NCBI GenBank assembly: GCA_964390595.1
Contig: CAYMIA010000002.1
Span: 27,686 to 91,685, forward strand
Source: an uncultured Gammaproteobacteria bacterium
Lineage (GTDB): Bacteria > Patescibacteriota > Microgenomatia > Daviesbacterales > UBA10151
Length of the DNA: 64,000 bases
Direction of reading: 5' to 3'
The first letter of the stretch is position 1. The number at the start of each line of letters is the position of its first letter. Below the pieces are notes generated by a model. It saw only the letters and a program-made list of their open reading frames with translations. It searched no databases and was not told the DNA's origin. The position numbers and the translations under genes are program-made. This document shows positions 56,637-64,000 of the stretch, piece by piece.

Positions 56637-57695
56637 TTAAGCAGAAGCTGGGGCAAGACCCGCAGCGAGTCTAGCCGCTTCTATCTCCATTTGCCTTTCC
56701 CGGATTTGGGTAACATGGTAGGTAATTCTTTGTCTTTCAGATGAAACGAGTCCATCAGGTAATACTTTCAAAACCTCATCCCAAGAATTACTTTGGGCTC
56801 CAGTTAATCTAAAATTGCTAGTCGTTTCTTTTGATAAAATACTTCCTCTCCAGCAATCAGCTAATAGATTACTCAATTTATCTACCAGAAGCAAACTAGT
56901 AATTCCACGATCCATGATCCAACCCTGTCTGTCAGGTAAAGTTTTCATAAAGGCGCTTATTTCAGCCAGCCTACTTAGATAATAATCTAATTGTCCAGTG
57001 ACGCTACTATATCCTTTTTGGGATTCTCCAGCAACAGTAATTTCCTTGCCAAGCCTCACCCTGATTAATCCATCGGATCCGATTGTTGCGGCGCCCAGCC
57101 GAACTTTGGTTAATCCTTCATTGTATGGTTCAGTGTCTAATTCAGCAAAGAAGGCCGCACTTCCATGAAACATTCCTTTAAATCTGTCATCGAGATTAGT
57201 AAAAACCCCTTCTATCAAGCCCCCAATCGCTAGTAAGTCACGTTTAGGGCCATGTGAAGTTTTACCCAGAGATCGGATAGGCTCCACCATTTCCGTCGAT
57301 TGAGAAGCAATCGCCTCCGCCAAAACATTCCTGTCAGCATGTCCCAGAAAACGGACCGTTATTAACTCCCCAAAGTCTTGCTCACTTGGCCTGAGTGGAT
57401 TTGTCCCAAAAACCGCGTACCAACTCGGTTTAGATAATTCATCAAAGTCAGTTGACCTGCCTGGGTGAAAAACTGCGCTTGGCAGATCCACATCGCAAGC
57501 CACCTGGATACCATTGTGCGAGCCTGTAGGTTGAAAACGCATCTCCGGACCCACCTCAGTCCGGATTTTGAGGGCAATTGGACTGATTGGCTGATCAGGT
57601 CGGTATTTCAAAGGTACAAATCCTGAGGGGTCTGGACCAGGACCCAATACCTCAACCCCTTTAGAATGTACAACTGCTTCAATAACTGATGCCAT
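56637..57695 (-). CDS. Hypothetical protein (352 aa)
   Basis: Long ORF, no motif recognised. Confidence 0.5.
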   Translation of the reverse strand: MASVIEAVVHSKGVEVLGPGPDPSGFVPLKYRPDQPISPIALKIRTEVGPEMRFQPTGSHNGIQVACDVDLPSAVFHPGRSTDFDELSKPSWYAVFGTNPLRPSEQDFGELITVRFLGHADRNVLAEAIASQSTEMVEPIRSLGKTSHGPKRDLLAIGGLIEGVFTNLDDRFKGMFHGSAAFFAELDTEPYNEGLTKVRLGAATIGSDGLIRVRLGKEITVAGESQKGYSSVTGQLDYYLSRLAEISAFMKTLPDRQGWIMDRGITSLLLVDKLSNLLADCWRGSILSKETTSNFRLTGAQSNSWDEVLKVLPDGLVSSERQRITYHVTQIRERQMEIEAARLAAGLAPASA

Positions 57696-57822
57696 TTTTA
57701 AAATTATTATGAGCTGTTACTGTTTTTATCATTTCATTTAATTCATGTCAATAGATCAAATAACCAAACAAACTATTGAAGTCACTTTTAAAAATAGGTG
57801 AAAAATAAGTATAATTAAGAGA

Positions 57823-59385
57823 ATGACAATAATTTCTAGGCGGAACTTTAAAACATCAGCAATTTTTGTTCTGATTATTGTTGCTTACTTTATTGCAGCC
57901 AAGCTTGGTCTTAAGCTAGCTTTTGTCAATGCCAGCGCCACCGCTGTTTGGCCTCCAACAGGTATAGCGATAGCTGCCCTATTAATCTATGGCTTGAAAT
58001 TTTGGCCAGCTGTTTTTATTGGGGCATTTTTAGCAAATATCACTACAGCAGGTAATATTGCTACTTCCCTTGGGATCGCTACAGGTAATAGTTTAGAAGG
58101 ATTAATTGGCGCATTTTTAGTAGCCAGATTTGCTGGCGGCAGATTAGCTTTTAATAAACCAGAAAATATCTTCCGGTTTACTCTGCTTGCTGGACTCGCT
58201 AGTCCAATCATTAGCGCCACAATTGGAGTTACTAGTTTATATTTAGGAGGTTTGGCTAAACAAGCAGATCTTCTTCCCATTTGGGGAACTTGGTGGCTAG
58301 GGGATGCCAGTGGTGCTTTAATTATAGCGCCATTATTCCTAATTTGGAGCAATCAATATCAAGTGACTTTGAGCCTAAGAAAAGTATTTGAAAGAGCTTC
58401 ATTACTCTTGATTTTACTACTTGTGAGTTGGATTATCTTTGGTCAAACCAATAATTATCCCATTGATTTTATTATTTTTCCCATCTTACTTTGGGTCGCC
58501 TTTAGATTTGGCTTAAGGGAGATAGTTACTGCCACCACCATTCTATCCGCTTTTGCCATTTGGGGGACATTGTCAAACCGGGGACCGTTCGCCAGGCCCT
58601 CTCAAAATGAATCGCTACTACTTTTGCAAGCCTTTATGGCAGTTGTCACGATCACCAAAGCGATCGTTGCCGCAGTAGTTGCAAAGAGCAAAGAGCTCGA
58701 TGCCCTTAAGGATGAATTTGTATCCATGGCATCTCATGAACTTCGCACCCCAATGGCGGCCATCAGCGGTTTAGTCAGTATGATTCTGTTAGAAAAGTAT
58801 GGACCGATAAGAGCAGAGCTAAAAAGACCTTTGGGGATGATTAATAGCTCAACCGACAGACTGCTCAAATTAACCAGTGATTTACTTGATGCCTCTAAAA
58901 TTGAATCAAAAATAGTCAGATTGAATCTAGTGAAAATTGATCTTTCCCAAATTATCACTGAAGTAGTCAATGAATTGCAACCCATCGCTGATCAAAAAAA
59001 AGTTAGTTTAAAAATTGCTGATTTAAGTAATCAGCCAGCTATAGCTGATCCAGATAAAGTCAGACAAATCCTCCATAATTTAATTGGTAACGCCTTAAAG
59101 TTTACTAAGCAGGGTAGCATTACAGTTTCCTCCAAAGTAAATTCCAGACACTTAATAGTTTTAGTCAAGGATACTGGAACAGGAATTGCCAAAGAAAATC
59201 AGGTGAAGATCTTTAGCAAATTTCAACAACTACACAACAACTTTTCTAATAAGCCAGCTGGAACTGGGCTTGGCCTTTATATCTCTCAAGAATTAGTTAA
59301 AGACATGAAAGGGAAGCTCTGGCTGGAATATAGTAAAGTTGACGAAGGCAGCGTATTTGCCTTCTCCTTACCCTTGCCAAGATGA
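57823..59385 (+). CDS. Membrane sensor histidine kinase with N-terminal MASE1-like multi-TM domain
   Basis: 8-9 TM helices with a MASE1-like pattern, then H-box MASHELRTPMAAISG and HATPase boxes (LHNLIGNALKFT, DTGTGIA, GTGLGLYISQ). Confidence 0.8.
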   Translation: MTIISRRNFKTSAIFVLIIVAYFIAAKLGLKLAFVNASATAVWPPTGIAIAALLIYGLKFWPAVFIGAFLANITTAGNIATSLGIATGNSLEGLIGAFLVARFAGGRLAFNKPENIFRFTLLAGLASPIISATIGVTSLYLGGLAKQADLLPIWGTWWLGDASGALIIAPLFLIWSNQYQVTLSLRKVFERASLLLILLLVSWIIFGQTNNYPIDFIIFPILLWVAFRFGLREIVTATTILSAFAIWGTLSNRGPFARPSQNESLLLLQAFMAVVTITKAIVAAVVAKSKELDALKDEFVSMASHELRTPMAAISGLVSMILLEKYGPIRAELKRPLGMINSSTDRLLKLTSDLLDASKIESKIVRLNLVKIDLSQIITEVVNELQPIADQKKVSLKIADLSNQPAIADPDKVRQILHNLIGNALKFTKQGSITVSSKVNSRHLIVLVKDTGTGIAKENQVKIFSKFQQLHNNFSNKPAGTGLGLYISQELVKDMKGKLWLEYSKVDEGSVFAFSLPLPR

Positions 59386-59400
59386 TGTATTATATTATAT

Positions 59401-59787
59401 ATGAGAGTTCTGCTAATCGAAGATGATCCAATCTTCCAACAGATATATAAAGATGAATTTAAAAGTTCAGATTTAGAGTTAATCATTGCCAATGATGGCA
59501 AGGTTGGGATTATTGATGCAGCCAAAGAGCGCCCAGACTTCATCTTATTAGACATAATGATGGGCGACATGGATGGTGTGACTACATTTAAACATCTCCA
59601 AGAGATGCCTGAGACTTCCCATATCCCAGTTGCCTTTTTAACAGTTGTTCCTGAAGGCGTTCCGCAGTCCCTAAACAAAGATCCAAAAATATTAGAAGGG
59701 GCAGTTGGTTACTGGAGCAAAGATAAATTTACTCCCAAAGAAATTGCTGAAAAAATCACCGCCTTTCTCTCCGCGCACCCAAGTTAA
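59401..59787 (+). CDS. Stand-alone response-regulator receiver protein
   Basis: MRVLLIEDDPIF...FILLDIMMGDMDG...AFLTV...YWSKD. Confidence 0.85.
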   Translation: MRVLLIEDDPIFQQIYKDEFKSSDLELIIANDGKVGIIDAAKERPDFILLDIMMGDMDGVTTFKHLQEMPETSHIPVAFLTVVPEGVPQSLNKDPKILEGAVGYWSKDKFTPKEIAEKITAFLSAHPS

Positions 59788-60173
59788 CTATTCTCCTCCT
59801 GAGCTTTTCTAATTGCTTCCTCGCTCATCCCAAAGTAATGACCAATTTCATGCAGAACGGTCTTTTTAATCTGGGCTTTAGCACCATCTAAATTTTGAGA
59901 AAATCTCAAAATTGGTCCAGCAAAAATAGTGATTTTATCAGGCAAAACCCCAGTGTAGTTACCACCTCTTTTAGTTTTAGGAATTCCTCTATATAAGCCA
60001 AATAAAGTCACCCCAGGGTGATCAAAGATCGATTTCAAATCTTCCTCTGTTGGCCAAATCTCTACCAAAATCTGGACATTATCCAACTCTTTTTTAAACT
60101 CTTCAGGCAAACTCCCGACACTCTCATCCACAATTTTTTCAAATTCATCCAGGTCCATTTGGCAATTATACAC
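59784..60173 (-). CDS. Small zincin-like metallopeptidase-family protein (HExxH)
   Basis: TVLHEIGHYFGMSEE near the C-terminus. Size is typical of DUF1025-type putative Zn peptidases. Confidence 0.5.
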   Translation of the reverse strand: MYNCQMDLDEFEKIVDESVGSLPEEFKKELDNVQILVEIWPTEEDLKSIFDHPGVTLFGLYRGIPKTKRGGNYTGVLPDKITIFAGPILRFSQNLDGAKAQIKKTVLHEIGHYFGMSEEAIRKAQEENS

Positions 60174-60273
60174 CTAGACTGCTAATAAATCCTAGGCTTA
60201 GATATCTTAGTCTCTTACTTGTTTCTTTAATGTTTCTGAACTTTCTATAAAGTATTTGGTTGATAATACTCAT

Positions 60274-60576
60274 ATGACAATGACAGCTAATACCTGGATA
60301 GCATTGATAATTGGGATAATCACAGTAGTTGCCATAACAGTGTTTGCCATCGCCAGAAACAATCAAAATAATCCTGGTTCTGGATTTACCCCAGGAGTTG
60401 GTGGTGGACCTGGCACTACAATCAGCACACCTTCACCATCTGAAAGTCCTTTAATGTCAGTTTCTCCAACACCCAGTCCAACTGAAAATCCCACGCCCAC
60501 TGCCACCTCGTCTCCAGCCACTAATCTTTACTCAACTCCCAGCCCTTCTCCAATGAATCCAGAATCTCCTATATAG
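60274..60576 (+). CDS. Small membrane-anchored protein with Pro/Ser/Thr-rich extracellular tail
   Basis: TM helix WIALIIGIITVVAITVFAIA, then PSPSESP..SPTPSPTENPTPTATSSP. ATG at 60274 is preferred over TTG at 60256. Confidence 0.4.
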   Translation: MTMTANTWIALIIGIITVVAITVFAIARNNQNNPGSGFTPGVGGGPGTTISTPSPSESPLMSVSPTPSPTENPTPTATSSPATNLYSTPSPSPMNPESPI

Positions 60577-60654
60577 TGTAGGTCTTCTGACGGGACAAGT
60601 CCTGACATTTTTCCAGTCTTTACCAGCTAACCATTTTTTAGTTATAATCATAAA

Positions 60655-61848
60655 ATGCTCAAAACGTTCCAGCAAAACCGCAGCCTCTTCATTATCGCCT
60701 TAATTGCACTAGTTAACATGCTAGGGTATGGGATTATTATTCCTATTCTGTATGCTTATTCTAAGAAGTTTGGCTTATCTGATTTTGAGAATGGACTGCT
60801 TTTTGCTTCATTTTCAGTCTGTCAATTTATCTCCACTCCAATCATCGGTAGGTTATCAGATAAATATGGCAGGAGGCCAATGTTGCTAATTTCAATTATT
60901 GGTACAGCCATCTCCTTTTTTATGATGGCTTTCGCGCCAAGCGCTATCTTTCTTTTAATTGCCCGTTGTCTTGATGGGCTAACTGCAGGTAATATCCCAG
61001 TTGCTTTTGCTGTTATCTCAGATTCAACTAAACCTGAGGAGCGCCCCAAAGCCTTTGGATTAATTGGTTCAGCCTTTAGCTTTGGGTTTGTTTTTGGTCC
61101 AGCCATATCTGCTTTTACAGTGGGTTTGGGTCAAGGAATCCCTTTTATGATCGCTGGTCTGATTACAGTTGTGGCTGTTGTTCTAACCGCTCTTTATCTG
61201 CCAGAAACCAATCAACATATGGGTGAGGTTAAAGGTGGCAAGCTCTTTGATTTTCCCAAGCTTTGGCACACTTTATTTGATCCCAATGTGGGGATGACTT
61301 TTATTATTTCACTTCTGTATTTCCTGGCCTTTGCTTGTGCCATTATCTATGGATTCCAGCCCTTTACTATTAAAATTTTGCATCTCATGCCAGCCCAAAA
61401 TGCCATTTTGTTCACTCTATTTGGAGCTGTTGGACTAATCTCTCAGACATTTTTAGTCCACCGCCTTTCCAAATTTTTAGGAATCAAAAAAACCTTCTCA
61501 ACTGGTTTAATCTTTACTGGGCTATCATTTTTGATCATGTTTCTTTCCAGATCAGTTGTTTTTTTTGTTTTAGCCTCTATCATTCTGGCGATGTTCAACA
61601 GCATCGCTCAAACTCTGATTCCAGCTATTCTTTCTCAGGAAGCTGACCCTAAGTCCCAGGGTTCAATTATGGGTCTTAACTCTTCCTATCAAAGTATCGG
61701 TATGATTTTGGGTCCCATTTTAGGTGGAGTTTTTGCCACAATCTCCATTCCTTTTCCTTTTTTAGTGGGCAGTGCCTTAATGGTTCTTTGCTTCTACCTT
61801 TCCTTCAAAGTGCTGCGCCCAGGCCTCAAACCCGAATCAGCTTTTTAA
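60655..61848 (+). CDS. MFS transporter (12 TM, drug:H+ antiporter-like)
   Basis: MFS motif A GRLSDKYGRRPMLL between TM2 and TM3. 12 hydrophobic segments. Confidence 0.85.
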   Translation: MLKTFQQNRSLFIIALIALVNMLGYGIIIPILYAYSKKFGLSDFENGLLFASFSVCQFISTPIIGRLSDKYGRRPMLLISIIGTAISFFMMAFAPSAIFLLIARCLDGLTAGNIPVAFAVISDSTKPEERPKAFGLIGSAFSFGFVFGPAISAFTVGLGQGIPFMIAGLITVVAVVLTALYLPETNQHMGEVKGGKLFDFPKLWHTLFDPNVGMTFIISLLYFLAFACAIIYGFQPFTIKILHLMPAQNAILFTLFGAVGLISQTFLVHRLSKFLGIKKTFSTGLIFTGLSFLIMFLSRSVVFFVLASIILAMFNSIAQTLIPAILSQEADPKSQGSIMGLNSSYQSIGMILGPILGGVFATISIPFPFLVGSALMVLCFYLSFKVLRPGLKPESAF

Positions 61849-61906
61849 ATTGACAAAACCGAAACAGCAATTTACTTCAGCTCGAAGATGAGTTAATCTT
61901 AGACTA

Positions 61907-62863
61907 ATGAAAATTGCATTTTTTGGACTTAATGGAAAAGAAAAAGAGACTAATTATTCAAATTCGCTAACTGGTTATGAAGTTACTTTCTTTGATCAGG
62001 ATTTAAACGAGGAAAATATCCCGGAAGATGTAAGCGCCGATATCATCTCGGTCTTTGTCCGATCTAAAATAACTAGCCAAGTAATTGATGCTTTTCCTAA
62101 TCTAAAAATGATCGCTCTTAGATCAACTGGCTTTGACAACGTCGATATCAAACATGCCCAGAAAAAAAATATAGTAGTTTCCAATGTCCCTGACTATGGC
62201 TCGCATACAGTCGCCGAATTCACTTTTGGGCTGATACTATCTTTATCCAGAAAAATTCCAGAGGCCATTGAAAAAGTAAAAGTAGGCAGACAATTTAACT
62301 CCGAAGGTCTCAAAGGTTTTGACTTGTTCGGCAAAACTCTGGGTGTGATCGGAACAGGGAAAATAGGAATGAATGTAATTAAAATAGCCAAAGGCTTTGG
62401 TCTGAATGTTTTAGCTGTTGATACCTATCCAAAGGAGGAATTAGCTAGCAGTCTAGGTTTTGAATATGTCGACTTAGAGCAACTTCTGAAAGAGTCTGAT
62501 ATTGTCACTATTCATGTCCCTTCTACCAATCAAACCCGCCACCTCATCAATCAAGAAAACATCTCTGCATCAAAAAAAGGAGCTATCATCATAAATACCG
62601 CCCGGGGGGATGTGGTGGAAACAAGTGCTTTAAGTCGAGCCATCTCGGAGGGGTCTTTAGCCGGAGCGGGTTTAGATGTTCTTGAGGACGAAACAAATTT
62701 ATCCAATGATCCCGCCACAATGGAGTTGATGGAAAATCCCAATGTCTACATTACACCCCACACCGCTTTTAATACCAATGAGGCCGAAGAGGCTATTTTG
62801 CAAGCAACAGTGGATAATATTAAAGGATATATCGGGGGTTCACCCAAGAACTTAGTCAAATAA
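61907..62863 (+). CDS. D-isomer-specific 2-hydroxyacid dehydrogenase (D-lactate / glycerate dehydrogenase-like)
   Basis: NAD fold GKTLGVIGTGKIGMNVIKIAKGFGLNVLAVD, catalytic region INTARGDVV and HTAF. Confidence 0.8.
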   Translation: MKIAFFGLNGKEKETNYSNSLTGYEVTFFDQDLNEENIPEDVSADIISVFVRSKITSQVIDAFPNLKMIALRSTGFDNVDIKHAQKKNIVVSNVPDYGSHTVAEFTFGLILSLSRKIPEAIEKVKVGRQFNSEGLKGFDLFGKTLGVIGTGKIGMNVIKIAKGFGLNVLAVDTYPKEELASSLGFEYVDLEQLLKESDIVTIHVPSTNQTRHLINQENISASKKGAIIINTARGDVVETSALSRAISEGSLAGAGLDVLEDETNLSNDPATMELMENPNVYITPHTAFNTNEAEEAILQATVDNIKGYIGGSPKNLVK

Positions 62864-62867
62864 ATTT

Positions 62868-63497
62868 ATGGCTTATTTAATTTTAGTCCGGCATGGTTTA
62901 ACAAATTGGAATCAAGAGGGGCGTTGGCATGGCCTGACCGACATTCCGTTGAACGAAGAGGGGAAGGCTCAAGCCAGGCAGGCAGCTCAGGCGATCAAAG
63001 ATTTAAAAATAGATACTGCCTATACCTCTGAACTTTCCCGGACTAAGCAAACCTACCAAGAAATCTGCAACAGCTTAAGTCTAAGCTGCCCGATCGTTCA
63101 TGATAAAGCTCTAAATGAGCGTGATTATGGTATGTTTACTGGAAAAAATAAATGGGATGTTGAGGCCAGTTTGGGTGAAAAAGAATTTCAAAAAATGCGC
63201 CGTGATTTTAACGCTCCTATCCCAGGAGGGGAGAGTCTGAAGGATGTTTATGGCCGGGTAGTTCCTTTTTATCAAGATCAAATTATGAAAGATCTAAAAA
63301 TGGGCAAAAATGTTTTAGTGGTCTCTTCAGGAAATACCTTGAGAGCGCTCATTAAATATATTGACAATATCTCAGATAAAGATATCTCTAAATTTGAACT
63401 TAACTTTGGAGAGATTAGAATTTTTCAATTTGATCAGGTCGGCAATATTATCAACCGGGAAACCAGGGCAGAAGATTTATATCAAAGAAAGCATTAA
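62868..63497 (+). CDS. Histidine-phosphatase family protein, cofactor-dependent phosphoglycerate mutase-like
   Basis: [12 protein letters not shown] (RHG catalytic His). Lies next to enolase. Confidence 0.75.
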   Translation: MAYLILVRHGLTNWNQEGRWHGLTDIPLNEEGKAQARQAAQAIKDLKIDTAYTSELSRTKQTYQEICNSLSLSCPIVHDKALNERDYGMFTGKNKWDVEASLGEKEFQKMRRDFNAPIPGGESLKDVYGRVVPFYQDQIMKDLKMGKNVLVVSSGNTLRALIKYIDNISDKDISKFELNFGEIRIFQFDQVGNIINRETRAEDLYQRKH

Positions 63498-64000
63498 TGA
63501 AAATTAGTAAAATCTCCGCCAGACAAATATTAGATTCCAGGGGAATCCCTACGGTCGAAGTAGATGTCACCCTGGATGATAAAACCACAGCAAGGGCGGC
63601 TGTTCCTTCTGGCGCTTCAACTGGTTCCCATGAAGCAGTTGAGCTACGCGATAGTGACAAAGATTTATTTGATGGTAAGTCTGTTTTAAAAGCCGTTAAA
63701 AATGTTAATCAAGATATCTCTAAAGCTTTAGTTGGGCGGGAGGCTGAAAATCAAACTGAGATCGATCAGATCATGATTAACTTAGATGGAACTGACAATA
63801 AAAGTAAACTGGGAGCAAATGCCACTTTGGGAGTATCAATGGCTGTTTGCAGAGCCGCCGCCCTTTCTCAAAATATGCCCCTCTATTCGTATATTGGTCA
63901 GTTAGCAGGAAACAGTCAATTTCAAATTCCTAGGCCAATGATTCTTTTATTAGAGGGGGGGAAACATGGCAACTGGTCAACGGACCTGCAGGAGTTTATG
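63497..64000 (+). CDS. eno: Enolase, 5' portion; gene continues beyond the window end
   Basis: [50 protein letters not shown]...[21 protein letters not shown] overlaps the upstream TAA. Confidence 0.92.
   Translation, partial: MKISKISARQILDSRGIPTVEVDVTLDDKTTARAAVPSGASTGSHEAVELRDSDKDLFDGKSVLKAVKNVNQDISKALVGREAENQTEIDQIMINLDGTDNKSKLGANATLGVSMAVCRAAALSQNMPLYSYIGQLAGNSQFQIPRPMILLLEGGKHGNWSTDLQEFM

Noticed and set aside
56637-57695. 352-aa protein as a phage major capsid protein, suggesting a prophage remnant.
   Set aside because: There was only a vague resemblance on visual comparison with lambda gpE. There are no other phage genes nearby (no terminase, portal or integrase).
60166-60366. 66-aa Cys/Tyr-rich minus-strand ORF overlapping the start of 60274-60576.
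   Set aside because: It overlaps a plus-strand ORF with a convincing TM helix plus Pro/Thr-rich tail architecture and lacks an SD sequence. It is judged spurious, with low certainty for either ORF.
391-63660. Dozens of 60-160-aa ORFs on the opposite strand or in alternative frames inside well-supported genes. Examples: 391-588, 7988-8257, 11060-11314, 11380-11709, 12706-12948, 14036-14287, 16903-17103, 18549-19010, 20996-21355, 27528-27869, 28000-28470, 32358-33001, 53071-53322, 57987-58352, 59286-59678, 60822-61106.
   Set aside because: They lie entirely within coding regions whose products carry clear family motifs. These are shadow ORFs of a low-GC genome, not genes.
1-64000. CRISPR arrays, rRNA and tRNA genes.
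   Set aside because: No array of regularly spaced direct repeats was found. The only exact repeats are the two palindrome pairs and the 60-bp duplicate. No tRNA-like T-arm (GTTCGAATC-type) with a matching acceptor stem appears in any intergenic region. No rRNA-like conserved blocks were seen.

Overview
The window is 64 kb of a gene-dense, low-GC bacterial chromosome, almost entirely coding, with frequent stop/start overlaps. Most genes are core housekeeping functions, listed in order.

- topA
- a thymidylate/folate operon: RfaE-domain-II-like nucleotidyltransferase, extended dCMP-deaminase-like protein, HIT protein, a divergent thyA, folA, a Dcd-like dCTP deaminase
- rpsB-tsf-frr
- rseP
- a LysA-like PLP decarboxylase
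- archaeal-type proS
- tig
- rpsU-yqeY-ybeY
- dnaX
- glyA-folD
- ybaB-recR
- an M16 peptidase
- cysS
- rarA
- uppP
- tldD/pmbA
- a PAP2 phosphatase
- an NRAMP-family transporter
- dus
- a DEAD-box helicase
- a CE4 deacetylase
- FKBP
- an MFS transporter
- a D-2-hydroxyacid dehydrogenase, a phosphoglycerate-mutase-like gene and the 5' part of eno

Gene content and protein architectures suggest a reduced-genome Patescibacteria/CPR-like organism; this is an inference, not something I can prove from the sequence. The evidence is the short EF-Ts, tsf-frr with no pyrH, a PPIase-less trigger factor, archaeal-type ProRS, a four-helix-bundle protein and receiver-only response regulators.

The accessory and unusual content is as follows.

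- Two paralogous IS200/RAYT-like HUH tyrosine-transposase genes, each bracketed by its own different perfect palindrome.
- A roughly 60-bp direct repeat that duplicates the 5' end of a hypothetical gene 1.5 kb away and brackets the first of those RAYT units.
- An 819-aa secreted protein that carries an FN3 domain and a bacterial intein-like (Hint) domain.
- Two two-component loci whose only partners are stand-alone receiver proteins.
- An NRAMP homologue that lacks the canonical DPGN/MPH metal-binding residues.
- A 22-residue-repeat protein.
- Several tightly coupled hypothetical gene pairs.

I found no rRNA, tRNA or CRISPR array. No single locus is a proven novel system. The best candidates for follow-up are the two RAYT-palindrome units, the BIL protein, the nucleotide operon with its HIT, nucleotidyltransferase and extended-deaminase accessory genes, and the hypothetical gene pairs at 3126-4836, 9230-10433 and 22892-23499.
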